A DNA stretch of 63,893 nt, the filler included, from Welwitschia mirabilis (taxonomy: Eukaryota), in assembly GCA_051453625.1 (NCBI GenBank). It is 6 parts of one record of this genome, joined end to end, with 100 filler letters (N's around TTAATTAATTAA, not from the genome) between each part and the next. Parts side by side here need not be neighbours in the genome. Positions count along the whole stretch, not along the records: positions 62,686 to 63,893 come from JBOZIK010000001.1; 5 more parts are not named here. One strand, given 5' to 3'. Shown here in pieces: positions 63,195 to 63,893 of this stretch (positions are counted from its first letter, which is position 1; each line of letters opens with the position of its first letter). The position numbers and the translations under genes are program-made. The notes under the pieces are model-generated. The model was not told where the DNA came from and did not search any database. It saw only the letters and a list, made by a program, of their open reading frames with translations.

Positions 63195-63893
63195 ATTTTT
63201 TAAATTATGTTTTATTTTTCTTTTGTTTGTTCTCTCCTTTATCATTGATGTTAAAACGAGGATAATTAGTTATATATTATTAAATGGTTTTTATAATTTT
63301 AGTTGTATGTTCTTCATGAGCACTTATAGTTTGTCATTCTTGCACTTCTACTTTGTAATATTTGCTTACATCTAATGAAATGCACTTATCTATTTTAGTA
63401 TAAAATCTTATTTTATTTGATATCCTAAATCTATTTATCTTTTTCAAAATCATATATGCTAAATATGTTTTTATTTTGATCTCATATGTACTTAACTTGG
63501 AAAGTTTAAAATTTTTTAACATTGGAAATAAACTATAATTTAGGATATTTGATTCAATGCTAAGTAAGTTTACATGATCAAATTATGCTTATTATAAAGT
63601 TGTTCCTTTTAGACTCTCAAATGTGCATATTAAAATGTTTCATTTAAAGAACAAATTTTGTTTGTTTAAAATAATTTTACTTATTTTAAAAGGAACACTA
63701 TTTTGCAAATAGGCATTTTATAAAGGGGATCTTTTCTAAGAGTTTTAATTTTTCACATTATTTTCCATCAATGTTAAAGGATGAGATTATTGAATTATAT
63801 TTTGCTAATTTATGTCAAACTAATGTTTTCTATATAGCAAATTTTATGTATCTTATGTAGAAGATGTTAAATTACTTGTAGGTCAAAAGATAG

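Noticed and set aside
1..63893. Assigning a species
   Set aside because: TE content and methylation decay indicate a land plant, but no diagnostic gene is present.

Overview
AT-rich, strongly CG/CHG-depleted, plant-like heterochromatin from a gappy draft pseudomolecule. Six scaffolds are joined by five identical artificial 100-bp linkers (44N-TTAATTAATTAA-44N). I found no intact protein-coding gene, RNA gene or CRISPR array, and nearly all long ORFs in the supplied track just read through N runs. The recognisable sequence is a nest of decayed LTR retrotransposons. Most are Ty3/gypsy Athila-lineage elements from at least three LTR families (here A, B, C), with gag, protease, RT, RNase H and integrase relics, PPTs, a PBS and two env-like/ORF2 relics. 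There is also a Ty1/copia 5' end (LTR, tRNA-iMet PBS, gag), a Sirevirus-type LTR end with a 34-bp tandem array, and MULE transposase relics. The most notable points are: a target-site duplication (TSD) linking two separately assembled scaffolds into one nested insertion, Athila-like RTs lacking the usual NELIPTR insert, a probable gag-only non-autonomous derivative, and gap-flanking duplicate copies about 5% diverged, two of which differ by an LTR insertion. All domain calls come from manual translation and motif recognition, not database searches. The sequence does not support a claim of a wholly new biological system.
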